Positions 1-7,958 of a stretch of DNA of 16,866 nucleotides are shown piece after piece (position 1 is the stretch's first letter; each line of letters begins with the position of its first letter). A model generated the notes under the pieces. The model worked only from the letters and a program-made list of their open reading frames with translations, did no database searches and was not told where the DNA came from. A program made the translations under genes and the position numbers. Source of the stretch: Patescibacteria group bacterium (lineage in GTDB: Bacteria; Patescibacteriota; Minisyncoccia; Phycocordibacterales; JBBUBG01); NCBI GenBank assembly GCA_040384765.1, contig JAZKIQ010000002.1:1-16866 (forward strand). Direction: 5' to 3'.

Positions 1-71
1 AGGCGCCGGGGAGAATCGAACTCCCGATGCAGGATTTGCAGTCCCGTGAATTACCACTTTTCTACGGCGCC
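1..71 (-). tRNA. tRNA-Cys (GCA)
   Basis: Reverse complement folds as acceptor GGCGCCG/CGGCGCC, anticodon arm CGGGA-CT GCA AA-TCCTG, T arm GGGAG-TTCGATT-CTCCC, discriminator U at position 1. CCA status lies outside the window. Confidence 0.95.
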
Positions 72-79
72 AAAATTAT

Positions 80-424
80 CTACCCATTCTTATCTTCGTC
101 GAGCAGTTCGTCAACTCGCTGACGATTCTTCTCTCCTTTGTCGATGAGCATCTCTACAAAAGGCAGCCTTCCGATTCTCGAGTGTTTTTTAAGATACTCT
201 CGAAATTCTCCGCGCTTACGTTTTATGAATTCGGCAACGCCCTCTTCTGCGGAAGCAGGAAGAACGCTCACAAAAAAAGTAACGCGGTTACCATCGCGCG
301 AGAGCTTGCAGCTCGTTACTGTAATAAGCGACTGGCCGTTTGACTCCTCTTGGAGAAAGCGAGCAGCAAGCTCTTTCAAGAGCTGCTCGGTGCGGTCGTG
401 GCGGAATGGGCTTTTTTCAATCAT
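80..424 (-). CDS. rbfA: Ribosome-binding factor A
   Basis: 114 aa with R-x-E-x-L-x-x-E-LA, ITVT..KLSRDG and RLP....DKG...RVDELL motifs; directly downstream of infB with a 1-nt overlap. Confidence 0.92.
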   Translation of the reverse strand: MIEKSPFRHDRTEQLLKELAARFLQEESNGQSLITVTSCKLSRDGNRVTFFVSVLPASAEEGVAEFIKRKRGEFREYLKKHSRIGRLPFVEMLIDKGEKNRQRVDELLDEDKNG

Positions 425-1917
425 TATTTTTCAACTTTCTCTACGACCTCAAGCACGTCACCCTCTGCGATAGTCATCTTTGATTCTACGAGCGTACCAA
501 ACTGTTTTCCGGCCTCAACCTCTTTTGTCTTTTGCTTGTTTTGCTGGAGCTCGATCATTCTCCCTTGTCCGATCTCATGATCCTGGCGGAGGAGTTTGAA
601 CTCCTTTCCTACTGAAATCGTGCCAGAAAGAACGGCCCCTCCTAACACCTGGCGATCTTTGTCCTTTGAAAATAGCTTGAGCACTTTTGCTTTGCCGACG
701 GTCTCCTCTACGGTCACTTTCGGTGTTCTCTTTTTTACCTCTTCTGCTAGAGCCTCGGTTGCCTTGTAGATAATCTCAAAAAGCTGGATATGCACTTTGT
801 GCATATCGGCAAGCTCGCTTGCTGCGCGCTCTACCTTTGTGTGAAATCCGATAATGATAGGGTCTCGTGCGCCAAGTGCTAGCTTGATATCGTTTTCGGT
901 AATGGGTCCTGTGCTGCTTGCGACTATGGTGATCTTTACTACGTCTGTAGAAAGCTTACCAAGCTCCTTGGTGACTGCTTCAAGGGTACCAAGGGTGTCT
1001 GCCTTGATGATAAGGGGTAGATAGACATGACCCTCTTCGTTGCCATTGCGTGTGCGCTCTTTTACAAGCGGATCCTTGCGAGTAGAAAGGGCAAACGCCT
1101 CGGCCTCCTTCTTCTTTGTGAATGTGGTAAAGGCGCTTCCTGCTCCGGGTACGGCGGCAAGACTGTAGAGCCGCACCGAGGAAGAAGGACCAGCCTCCTT
1201 TATTGGCTTGGAAAGAAAGTTCTCAAGGATGCGCACTGGCGACACAAGACCGTCGATTACGATTGTTGAGCCGGAGACGAGCGTACCGTCGCGTATGATG
1301 AGAGTGCCAGCCGCCCCTCGTTTGGTGTCGAGATACGATTCAATTACAAACCCTTCCGCATCTTTGCTTGGATCGGCTTTGAAATCTTCAAACTCGGCAA
1401 CAAGTAGGATCGTATCAAGAAGTTCATCGACGCTCTGCCCGCTTTTTGCTGAGATTGCTACGCACGGCACGGTACCGCCATACCCCTCGACAAACACCTC
1501 ATGCTCGAGGAGTTGCTGCTTTACGCGGTCGGGGTTTGCTTCCGGACGATCTACCTTGTTGAGAGCTATGATGTAGGGGAGTTTGGTGTTCTTGATAGTA
1601 CCAAGCGCTTCGAGGGTTTGCGCCTGCACTCCTTCTACTGCTGAGATGATGAGGATCGCAATATCTGCCACCTGCGCACCGCGCTCACGCATGCCGGTAA
1701 AGGCTGCGTGGCCAGGAGTATCGATGAACGTTATTTTTTTGTCGGCCCAGAGCGCTTCGTAGGCGCCGAGGTGCTGAGTGATACCACCCGCCTCGCCTGC
1801 CACCACGTTTGTTTTGCGAATATAATCAAGAAGCGACGACTTGCCGTGGTCGATGTGGCCCATAATCACGATGATAGGAGGCCGAGACACACCCTTTTTT
1901 TCGATTGTGTTTGACAT
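424..1917 (-). CDS. infB: Translation initiation factor IF-2 (short form without the N-terminal extension)
   Basis: RPPIIVIMGHIDHGKSSLLD (G1), GGITQHLGAY, FIDTPGHAAFTGMRERGA (G3), NKVD (G4), IIKADTLGTLEA. Confidence 0.97.
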   Translation of the reverse strand: MSNTIEKKGVSRPPIIVIMGHIDHGKSSLLDYIRKTNVVAGEAGGITQHLGAYEALWADKKITFIDTPGHAAFTGMRERGAQVADIAILIISAVEGVQAQTLEALGTIKNTKLPYIIALNKVDRPEANPDRVKQQLLEHEVFVEGYGGTVPCVAISAKSGQSVDELLDTILLVAEFEDFKADPSKDAEGFVIESYLDTKRGAAGTLIIRDGTLVSGSTIVIDGLVSPVRILENFLSKPIKEAGPSSSVRLYSLAAVPGAGSAFTTFTKKKEAEAFALSTRKDPLVKERTRNGNEEGHVYLPLIIKADTLGTLEAVTKELGKLSTDVVKITIVASSTGPITENDIKLALGARDPIIIGFHTKVERAASELADMHKVHIQLFEIIYKATEALAEEVKKRTPKVTVEETVGKAKVLKLFSKDKDRQVLGGAVLSGTISVGKEFKLLRQDHEIGQGRMIELQQNKQKTKEVEAGKQFGTLVESKMTIAEGDVLEVVEKVEK

Positions 1918-1939
1918 GGTGTGTATGTAGTTTGAAACG

Positions 1940-2389
1940 CTATCTTTGGGCCCCTTCGATGGCTTCTTTTTCCTCGGGAGTGAGGGTGTAGGTTGATGCG
2001 AAGTTTTCTACTGGCTTTGAGAATACGCTGACTCTGTCTCGCTGGTAGAGTGTCGATATCACAACTCCGTTGCCGCGTTCGCTCAGGAATGCGGTTGCAA
2101 AGCTTTGCCCGCCGCCTGAATCACGAAATGCGTTGAAGCGCACTGTCTCCACTTTTTGGATGCTTCGTCCAAGACGAGCCTCGATATTAGCGAGATGCGC
2201 GCTTTTTTTATCGTGTTCTCCTTTTGCCCATTCGATTTCTGAGGCATGCTTGCGAAGCGTGTCTTCGAGAGTGCGAGCATCCATATGCTGGAGAAAGGCG
2301 CGCATGCGCCGCTCATTCCATACGATATAGCCAATCGTGACAAAAAGAGAACAAAGAGCAAGAAAAAATGGCGTACCCTGGATTGCCAT
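1940..2389 (-). CDS. DUF4446-like membrane-anchored protein
   Basis: N-terminal TM helix, coiled segment, then VRFNAFRDSGGGQSFATAFLSERGNGVVISTLYQRDRVSVFSKP...LTPEEKEAI, which matches the DUF4446 pattern as I recall it. Confidence 0.8.
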   Translation of the reverse strand: MAIQGTPFFLALCSLFVTIGYIVWNERRMRAFLQHMDARTLEDTLRKHASEIEWAKGEHDKKSAHLANIEARLGRSIQKVETVRFNAFRDSGGGQSFATAFLSERGNGVVISTLYQRDRVSVFSKPVENFASTYTLTPEEKEAIEGAQR

Positions 2390-2399
2390 AACACGAAAT

Positions 2400-2418
2400 A
2401 TTATACAGTATTATAGCA
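2400..2418 (-). promoter_or_regulatory. Tandem -10 boxes (TGCTATAAT and TATAAT) in the 31-bp divergent gap
   Basis: Minus-strand TATAAT at 2410-2415 (preceded by TGC) and at 2400-2405, just upstream of the ATG at 2389. Confidence 0.55.
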
Positions 2419-2420
2419 AT

Positions 2421-3614
2421 ATGAGCAAAGGCTTCCTTTTAGGCTTTTTTAGGAGCAAAAGAGTATTTCTCGATCATGCTGCGGGTACCCCCGTAGCACC
2501 GGAGGTTCTTCGTGCAATGATTCCTCATCTCAAAGTGGGTGCAGGGAACCCAAGCTCGATACACAAAGAGGGGGTAGAGGCGAAAGGGGTGCTCGAGGCT
2601 GCACGTGGCTCGGTTGCGCGCATGGTGGGTGCGCATGTCGACGAGATCGTCTTTACGAGTGGTGGTACTGAGTCGAATAACCTTGCGATTGAAGGCGTTC
2701 TGCGCTCCGAGGCCGCACTCCGACACGGTAGGCATGTTGTTACCACTGCTTTTGAGCACCATTCGGTCAAGCGCGTACTTCTCGAGTTTGAGAAGGAGGG
2801 GTGGGAGGTTTCGTGGGTTATGCCTGATGATAAAGGTTTAATTGATCCACGCGCCATTTTTGCTGCAATTCGGCCTGACACGGTACTTGTCTCTGTCATT
2901 GGTGGACACAATGAGGTGGGGACGATACAGCCTCTTTCAACTATTGCAAAAGCGATTCGCAAGGCTCGCACGGGAGCTTTCCCTTATTTTCATACTGACG
3001 CGTGCCAGCTTGCTGGAGCAGTTCCATTTTCTGTTGTCTCCTCGGGAGTGGATCTTGCTTCGTTTAATTCCCATAAGATGTACGGTCCTTCGGGGGCGGG
3101 AGCGCTCTTTGTGCGCCGCTCGGTGGCTCTTCGGCCAGTGATACTTGGTGGTGGCCAGGAGAAGGGTGTACGAGCAGGGACAGAAAATCTGCCATCGCTC
3201 TTTGGCTTTGCCGCTGCATGCGAGCTCTTTAGAGAAGAAGGTGCTGTGCGGGAAAAGAGGATGACTAGGCTTCGTGACCAAGCTATAGAAAAACTACTTA
3301 CCATAGAGGGTTCTCATCTTGTCGGGGATCGGGCAGATCGTTTGCCGGGCCATATCAGCATCTCCTTTGCAGGCGTCGAGGCAGAACAGCTGGTGATCGA
3401 GCTTGATAGGGTGGGTATCGCAGTCTCTTCGGGGTCGGCCTGTTCCACCGGAGAGAATACTGCCTCCTATGCTATACTGGCCCTCAGAAAGTCCGAAGAG
3501 GAGGCAAAAGGTACTCTTCGCATAACACTCGGTCGAGAAACCCGAAAGGGCGATCTCGATAGGCTCATGCGCGCGCTCCCGCCGATACTCAAAAAGCTCC
3601 GAAGATTCAGCTGA
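2421..3614 (+). CDS. iscS: Cysteine desulfurase (IscS/NifS, group I)
   Basis: FLDHAAGTP, GNPSSIH, FTSGGTESNN, HTDACQ, SHKMYGP (PLP lysine), SSGSACS (catalytic Cys). Start moved to ATG 2421 to avoid overlap with the divergent gene. Confidence 0.92.
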   Translation: MSKGFLLGFFRSKRVFLDHAAGTPVAPEVLRAMIPHLKVGAGNPSSIHKEGVEAKGVLEAARGSVARMVGAHVDEIVFTSGGTESNNLAIEGVLRSEAALRHGRHVVTTAFEHHSVKRVLLEFEKEGWEVSWVMPDDKGLIDPRAIFAAIRPDTVLVSVIGGHNEVGTIQPLSTIAKAIRKARTGAFPYFHTDACQLAGAVPFSVVSSGVDLASFNSHKMYGPSGAGALFVRRSVALRPVILGGGQEKGVRAGTENLPSLFGFAAACELFREEGAVREKRMTRLRDQAIEKLLTIEGSHLVGDRADRLPGHISISFAGVEAEQLVIELDRVGIAVSSGSACSTGENTASYAILALRKSEEEAKGTLRITLGRETRKGDLDRLMRALPPILKKLRRFS

Positions 3615-3690
3615 CACGCTCTTAAATCTTGCGCGTCATATACCATGAATACGGTCGCGCGCGGCTTGGATAAGCCATTCTATACTCGAG

Positions 3691-3719
3691 TTGACAGAGG
3701 CTCTTTTTCACCGTACAAT
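3691..3719 (+). promoter_or_regulatory. Sigma70 promoter of clpB
   Basis: TTGACA (3691-3696), 17-nt spacer, TACAAT (3714-3719). Confidence 0.8.
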
Positions 3720-3770
3720 GAATTGTATTTTTTGAAGTCGATTTCGTAGTAGTCAACTAATTAATTCATC

Positions 3771-6434
3771 ATGGTCCCTTTTCACAATTTCACATCGAAG
3801 GCGCGAGAAGCGGTACGGAAGGCGCACGAGCTTGCTATTGAGCGGGGCCAGAACCAGGTAAACCCTGTCCATCTTCTTCTCTCGCTAATTCTCAGCGACG
3901 ACAGCCCGATCCTCACTATTCTCGAGAAGCTCGAAGTCGACACTATTCTCCTTACCGATTACCTCGTAGACTCTATCGAATCGCCAGATGGCGCAGCGGT
4001 CCTTTCTCCTGCCTATCAGATATATCTCACACCTGAGCTTGTTCGGGTTCTTGATACCGCAGGCAAAATTACGAGCGCGATGAAGGAGGAGTTTGTATCG
4101 CTCGAGCACCTCTTCCTCTCGCTCCTTGAGGTGCCAAGCCAAGCTCGCGAGATTTTGGCGCGCTTTCGCGTGACCAAAGAAGGGGTCATTCGCTCGATGC
4201 AGGATACGAAAGAAGGAAAACCTGTTGAAGCTCACAGCTCCAAGAAGTCACGAGCGCTCGAGAAGTATGCAAAAAATCTCACCAGACTTGCAGCGCAAGA
4301 TAAGCTCGATCCTGTAATCGGTCGCGACGAAGAGATTCGTCGCATGATGCAGATCTTGACGCGTCGTACAAAAAACAACCCCATCTTGATCGGAGAGGCG
4401 GGTACTGGAAAGACTGCCGTTGTAGAAGGTCTCGCGATCCGCATTGCAAAAGGGGATGTGCCAGAGTCTCTCAAAAACAAAGAGGTCATCTCTCTCGACC
4501 TCGGATTCCTGGTTGCGGGGACAAAATATCGCGGTGAGTTTGAGGAGCGGCTCAAGACGGTCATGAAGGAGATTGAAAAGGCAGAAGGACGCATTATCCT
4601 CTTTATCGACGAGATTCATACTATCGTAGGTGCAGGAGCTGCAGAGGGTTCGATCGATGCGTCCAATATGCTGAAGCCTGCGCTCTCGCGTGGAGATCTT
4701 CGGGCGATCGGTGCGACCACCCTCAAGGAGTATCAGAAATATATTGAAAAAGATCCGGCCCTTACGCGCCGCTTTCAGCCGGTAAATGTAGGCGAGCCGT
4801 CGCAAGAAGATGCAATCGCTATTCTTCGCGGACTCAAGCCAAAATATGAGTTTCACCACGGAGTGCGTATTACCGATGAAGCCATTATCGCAGCCGTGAC
4901 CTTCTCGTCGCGATATATCTCAGACCGTTTTCTGCCGGACAAGGCGATCGACCTTATCGACGAAGCTGCTTCTGCGCTTCGCCTCGAGCTTGAGAACAAG
5001 CCTGCTGTGCTCGAAGACGCTGATCGTCGAGTGACTCGTCTGGAGATTGAGAAGGAGGCTCTTAAGAAAGAGGATGCAAAATCTGCAAAGACTCGCATTC
5101 GAGCAATCGACAAGGAGATAGGGGAGATCAAAGAAAGGAATTCAGATCTTTTGGATCGATGGCAGGCGGAAAAAGGGGGGATGACCGATGTGCGTGCACT
5201 CAAGAAAGAGCTCGAAGCCCTTCGCCGTCAAGCTGAGATAGCAGAGCAGAAGCAAGACCTCTCGCTTGCTGCGGAGATTCGCTATGGCAAGATTCCTGAA
5301 AAAGAGAAAGCCCTCCTTGCTCTTGAAACAAAGCTCCGGAAACGAGAAACGCTTCCTCGGCTCTTGCGAGAGGAGATTACCGATGAAGATATCGCAGGCG
5401 TTGTTGCCCGCTGGACCGGCATTCCGGTGTATCGAATGATCGAAGAGGAGTCCGCAAAGCTTACTCGCATAGAAGATGATCTGCGCAAGCGGGTCCTCGG
5501 CCAAGATGAAGCGATAAAGAAGATCTCGGATGCAGTGAAGCGATCTCGTGCAGGCATTTCGGATCCGGATCGGCCAATAGGCTCCTTTATCTTCCTTGGT
5601 CCGACGGGTGTAGGCAAGACAGAGCTCGCTCGTTCTCTTGCAGAGTTTATGTTCAACGATGAAAAGGCGATTATTCGCGTGGATATGTCCGAATATATGG
5701 AGCGCCATGCGGTGTCCAAGTTGATCGGCTCGCCCCCTGGCTATGTTGGCTATGATGAATCGGGTCAGCTCACCGAGCAGGTACGCCATCGCCCCTACTC
5801 GCTCATTCTCTTTGATGAGATCGAGAAGGCGCATCCAGAAGTGTTCAATATTCTCCTCCAGGTGCTTGATAACGGCCGCCTTACTGACTCAAAGGGTCGC
5901 ACCGTGAACTTCAAGAACACCATTATTATTCTCACGTCGAACATCGGTTCTGAGCATATCTTCAAGATGGAGTCGATGGGCTTTTCAAACGCCACATCGG
6001 TAGAGGAGTACGCTCGCACGAAAGATAAGATCCGTGAAGCGCTCAAGAACCAGTTTCGTCCCGAGTTCCTTAACCGTCTTGATGACATCATTGTCTTTGA
6101 TGTTCTCAAGCCTGAGGTGATAAAGGAGATTGTAGGTATCCAGATTGGCCTCGTTGAAAAACGCCTCGCAGGAAAGAATATCAAACTTTCCGTAGCTCCT
6201 GCCGCAAGCGAGCTTCTCGCAAAAGAAGGGTATGACGCGCATTATGGTGCACGACCGCTGAAGCGCGTAATCCAGACCAAAGTACTTAATCCAATTGCCG
6301 AGATGATTATCTCAAAAGCAATTATCGGTGGTGAGACTGTAGTTGCGGAGGCAAAGGATGGACAGATCGTGCTTCGCATTGAGAACGGGCAGAAGAGCCC
6401 CATCCGAGCGGCTACGCGAACGAAGAAGGAGTAA
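3771..6434 (+). CDS. clpB: ATP-dependent chaperone ClpB
   Basis: Clp N domain, NBD1 [15 protein letters not shown], long coiled-coil M domain ([10 protein letters not shown]), NBD2 [26 protein letters not shown]; 887 aa. Confidence 0.96.
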   Translation: MVPFHNFTSKAREAVRKAHELAIERGQNQVNPVHLLLSLILSDDSPILTILEKLEVDTILLTDYLVDSIESPDGAAVLSPAYQIYLTPELVRVLDTAGKITSAMKEEFVSLEHLFLSLLEVPSQAREILARFRVTKEGVIRSMQDTKEGKPVEAHSSKKSRALEKYAKNLTRLAAQDKLDPVIGRDEEIRRMMQILTRRTKNNPILIGEAGTGKTAVVEGLAIRIAKGDVPESLKNKEVISLDLGFLVAGTKYRGEFEERLKTVMKEIEKAEGRIILFIDEIHTIVGAGAAEGSIDASNMLKPALSRGDLRAIGATTLKEYQKYIEKDPALTRRFQPVNVGEPSQEDAIAILRGLKPKYEFHHGVRITDEAIIAAVTFSSRYISDRFLPDKAIDLIDEAASALRLELENKPAVLEDADRRVTRLEIEKEALKKEDAKSAKTRIRAIDKEIGEIKERNSDLLDRWQAEKGGMTDVRALKKELEALRRQAEIAEQKQDLSLAAEIRYGKIPEKEKALLALETKLRKRETLPRLLREEITDEDIAGVVARWTGIPVYRMIEEESAKLTRIEDDLRKRVLGQDEAIKKISDAVKRSRAGISDPDRPIGSFIFLGPTGVGKTELARSLAEFMFNDEKAIIRVDMSEYMERHAVSKLIGSPPGYVGYDESGQLTEQVRHRPYSLILFDEIEKAHPEVFNILLQVLDNGRLTDSKGRTVNFKNTIIILTSNIGSEHIFKMESMGFSNATSVEEYARTKDKIREALKNQFRPEFLNRLDDIIVFDVLKPEVIKEIVGIQIGLVEKRLAGKNIKLSVAPAASELLAKEGYDAHYGARPLKRVIQTKVLNPIAEMIISKAIIGGETVVAEAKDGQIVLRIENGQKSPIRAATRTKKE

Positions 6435-6444
6435 CTACAGATTT

Positions 6445-6543
6445 CAGAGATTAGAGTTTAGAGTTCAGTCAGAAAAAACAAAAAAGCACCCGCAGGGTGC
6501 TTTTTTGTTTGACTGAGCTCTAAACTCTGTAAGCTGATCTCTG
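6445..6543. terminator. Bidirectional terminator within an extended imperfect inverted repeat
   Basis: Core AAACAAAAAAGCACCC-GCA-GGGTGCTTTTTTGTTT between convergent genes; the arms extend outward to ~6445/6543. Confidence 0.8.
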
Positions 6544-6546
6544 CAT

Positions 6547-6978
6547 TTATGGCCAATACTGCGGATCTGTTTCTTCTCCAAAAAACTTTTTGTAATTCGC
6601 TTTTGTTTGGGTGTACGTTTCCGTCTCCCCGTACTTTGGCCTCAGCGAATTTTTGATCTCCTTCCACGTTTCCGGACCCGGGTCACCCATCTCGGGTGGA
6701 GGATTTGGTACGTGGTCGATAAATCCGCCAATATATTCTGCGAACTGCTTGTAAAATCGTGTGAACATGAGCATCTCGTGCCATGCGATGTCGACTCGGT
6801 CGGAGGGAGCTACCGCTTGGCCCGAGACGATGCACAAGGAGAGCATCCGTTTTGCTTCCCGCAGGAGTCCTTCACAGTAGCCGATAGGATAGTCGTAGAT
6901 TCGTGATATGCGAAGCGCGAGGAACGAAGGGACTTCGTATGCGTCAACTTCCGCGAGTGTAGGTGGTGTATGTTCCAT
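6547..6978 (-). CDS. DUF1399/glycine-rich-domain-protein (GRDP)-like domain protein, stand-alone
   Basis: PSDRVDIAWHEMLMFTRFYKQFAEYIGGFIDHVP and Y..TK.NY...FGE....YWP match the PS..VD..WH...L.T..Y..F....G.F..H.P signature. Confidence 0.75.
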   Translation of the reverse strand: MEHTPPTLAEVDAYEVPSFLALRISRIYDYPIGYCEGLLREAKRMLSLCIVSGQAVAPSDRVDIAWHEMLMFTRFYKQFAEYIGGFIDHVPNPPPEMGDPGPETWKEIKNSLRPKYGETETYTQTKANYKKFFGEETDPQYWP

Positions 6979-7006
6979 TTCCAGATTCTAGCGCGTATTT
7001 TGCGAA

Positions 7007-7048
7007 AAAGAAAAAGACCTGCGTGGACACTCGCAGATCTTTTTTCTT
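7007..7048 (-). terminator. Intrinsic terminator after the Cys-rich peptide gene
   Basis: Minus strand AAAGAAAAAGATCTGCG-8 nt-CGCAGGTCTTTTTCTTT hairpin with U-tract. Confidence 0.65.
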
Positions 7049-7067
7049 TAGCGTAATGCTAACGATA

Positions 7068-7313
7068 TTACATTGTGCCTTTGCAGCTGGAGCCTTCTGC
7101 TTTCGCTCCTTCTTCGCCCTTGCATGCACCGCCCATTGCAGGCTTGCAGGTTGCGCATTCGCCGCACTTCCCATCTTCACACTTCGTTGCGCCGGAGCAG
7201 CTTTTACCTTGCTGCATCCCGTTGCATCCATCTCCCTCCTTTTTCATTCCGTTGCACTGGCTTCCCATAGGCGTTGCGCCTGTGTCGCCAGAGCATCCCA
7301 TTCCTTGCATCAT
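7068..7313 (-). CDS. Small Cys/Gly/Met-rich peptide (81 aa, 10 Cys), metallothionein-like or precursor-like
   Basis: MMQGMGCSG...CNGM...CNGM...KCEDGKCGECATCK...SCKGTM; upstream extended -10 (TGGTATACT, 7341-7349) and downstream terminator. Confidence 0.65.
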   Translation of the reverse strand: MMQGMGCSGDTGATPMGSQCNGMKKEGDGCNGMQQGKSCSGATKCEDGKCGECATCKPAMGGACKGEEGAKAEGSSCKGTM

Positions 7314-7357
7314 GCTGATGGAATTAGCTTGTATGGGTAGAGTATACCATAGAGAAG

Positions 7358-7386
7358 TTGAAAAAAGTGTATAGATGCCGTATGGT
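7358..7386 (+). promoter_or_regulatory. Putative tRNA-Tyr promoter
   Basis: TTGAAA (7358-7363), 17 nt, TATGGT (7381-7386). Confidence 0.5.
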
Positions 7387-7404
7387 TGAATATGCATTGC
7401 ATAC

Positions 7405-7488
7405 GCGCAGGTGGCGGAGTGGTCAATCGCAACTGGCTGTAAACCAGTCGACCTTTGGTCTTCGGGGGTTCGAATCCCTCCCTGCGCA
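7405..7488 (+). tRNA. tRNA-Tyr (GTA)
   Basis: Acceptor GCGCAGG/CCTGCGC plus A, anticodon arm ACTGG-CT GTA AA-CCAGT, long variable arm, GGGGG-TTCGAAT-CCCTC; no encoded CCA. Confidence 0.96.
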
Positions 7489-7797
7489 CAAACTGAAAAA
7501 GCCCCCGTAAAGGGGCTTTTTCATTTTGTGCGCAGAGCGAGCAAACTGCTTTGCTCGCGTGGAGGGGTTCGAACAGCGGAGCGTTGCCGAGCAAGCTTGC
7601 GAGGCCGCGAGCTGGTGCCCAGCCCGAATCGAGCGACGGCGCGATGAGAGGCGCGGGCGAATCCCTCAGAATAAGGCGACTGAGCGGGGTCGCGGGTTTT
7701 GCGAGCACGCAAAACCCTGTGACCGAATCCCTCCCTGCGCACTTTGCGAGATGGAAAAGTACCCGCCCCCGTTGCGGGCGAATCCCTCCCTGCGCAC
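7471..7797 (+). repeat. tRNA-Tyr 3'-end repeats: three direct 19-mers, one partial copy and one interrupted inverted copy
   Basis: CGAATCCCTCCCTGCGCAC at 7471-7489, 7724-7742 and 7779-7797; GCGGGCGAATCCCTC at 7653-7667 and 7774-7788; inverted copy at 7527-7535 plus 7561-7574. Confidence 0.9.
7482..7535 (+). terminator. Terminator-like hairpin following tRNA-Tyr
   Basis: TGAAAAAGCCCC/GGGGCTTTTTCA stem, extended by CTGCGCACAAA/TTTGTGCGCAG. Confidence 0.7.
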
Positions 7798-7958
7798 TCT
7801 TCCCTAATTTGACTTTCCCTCATTTACGTACAAGATGGATCTTTAGGGGGATCAACTAGAATCCTAATGGATTGAAGGGGGTCTCAGTGTTCCAGAATGA
7901 GTTTGGTCCTTTTGGTGCTGGTCTTTGCAAACTAGTAGCGAATGATTCAACTACGGAG

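Noticed and set aside
3615-3770. CIRCE or CtsR operator upstream of clpB
   Set aside because: No TTAGCACTC-N9-GAGTGCTAA and no clear GGTCAAA direct repeat.
138-6242. Antisense and alternate-frame ORFs over rbfA, infB, iscS and clpB
   Set aside because: Shadow ORFs of well-supported genes.
7471-7797. CRISPR array interpretation of the 19-mer repeats
   Set aside because: The repeat is the tRNA 3' end, the gaps are irregular (234 and 36 nt) and structured, and there are no cas genes.
7310-7859. ORFs over tRNA-Tyr and its repeat tract
   Set aside because: They overlap structured RNA and hairpins and lack protein-like features.
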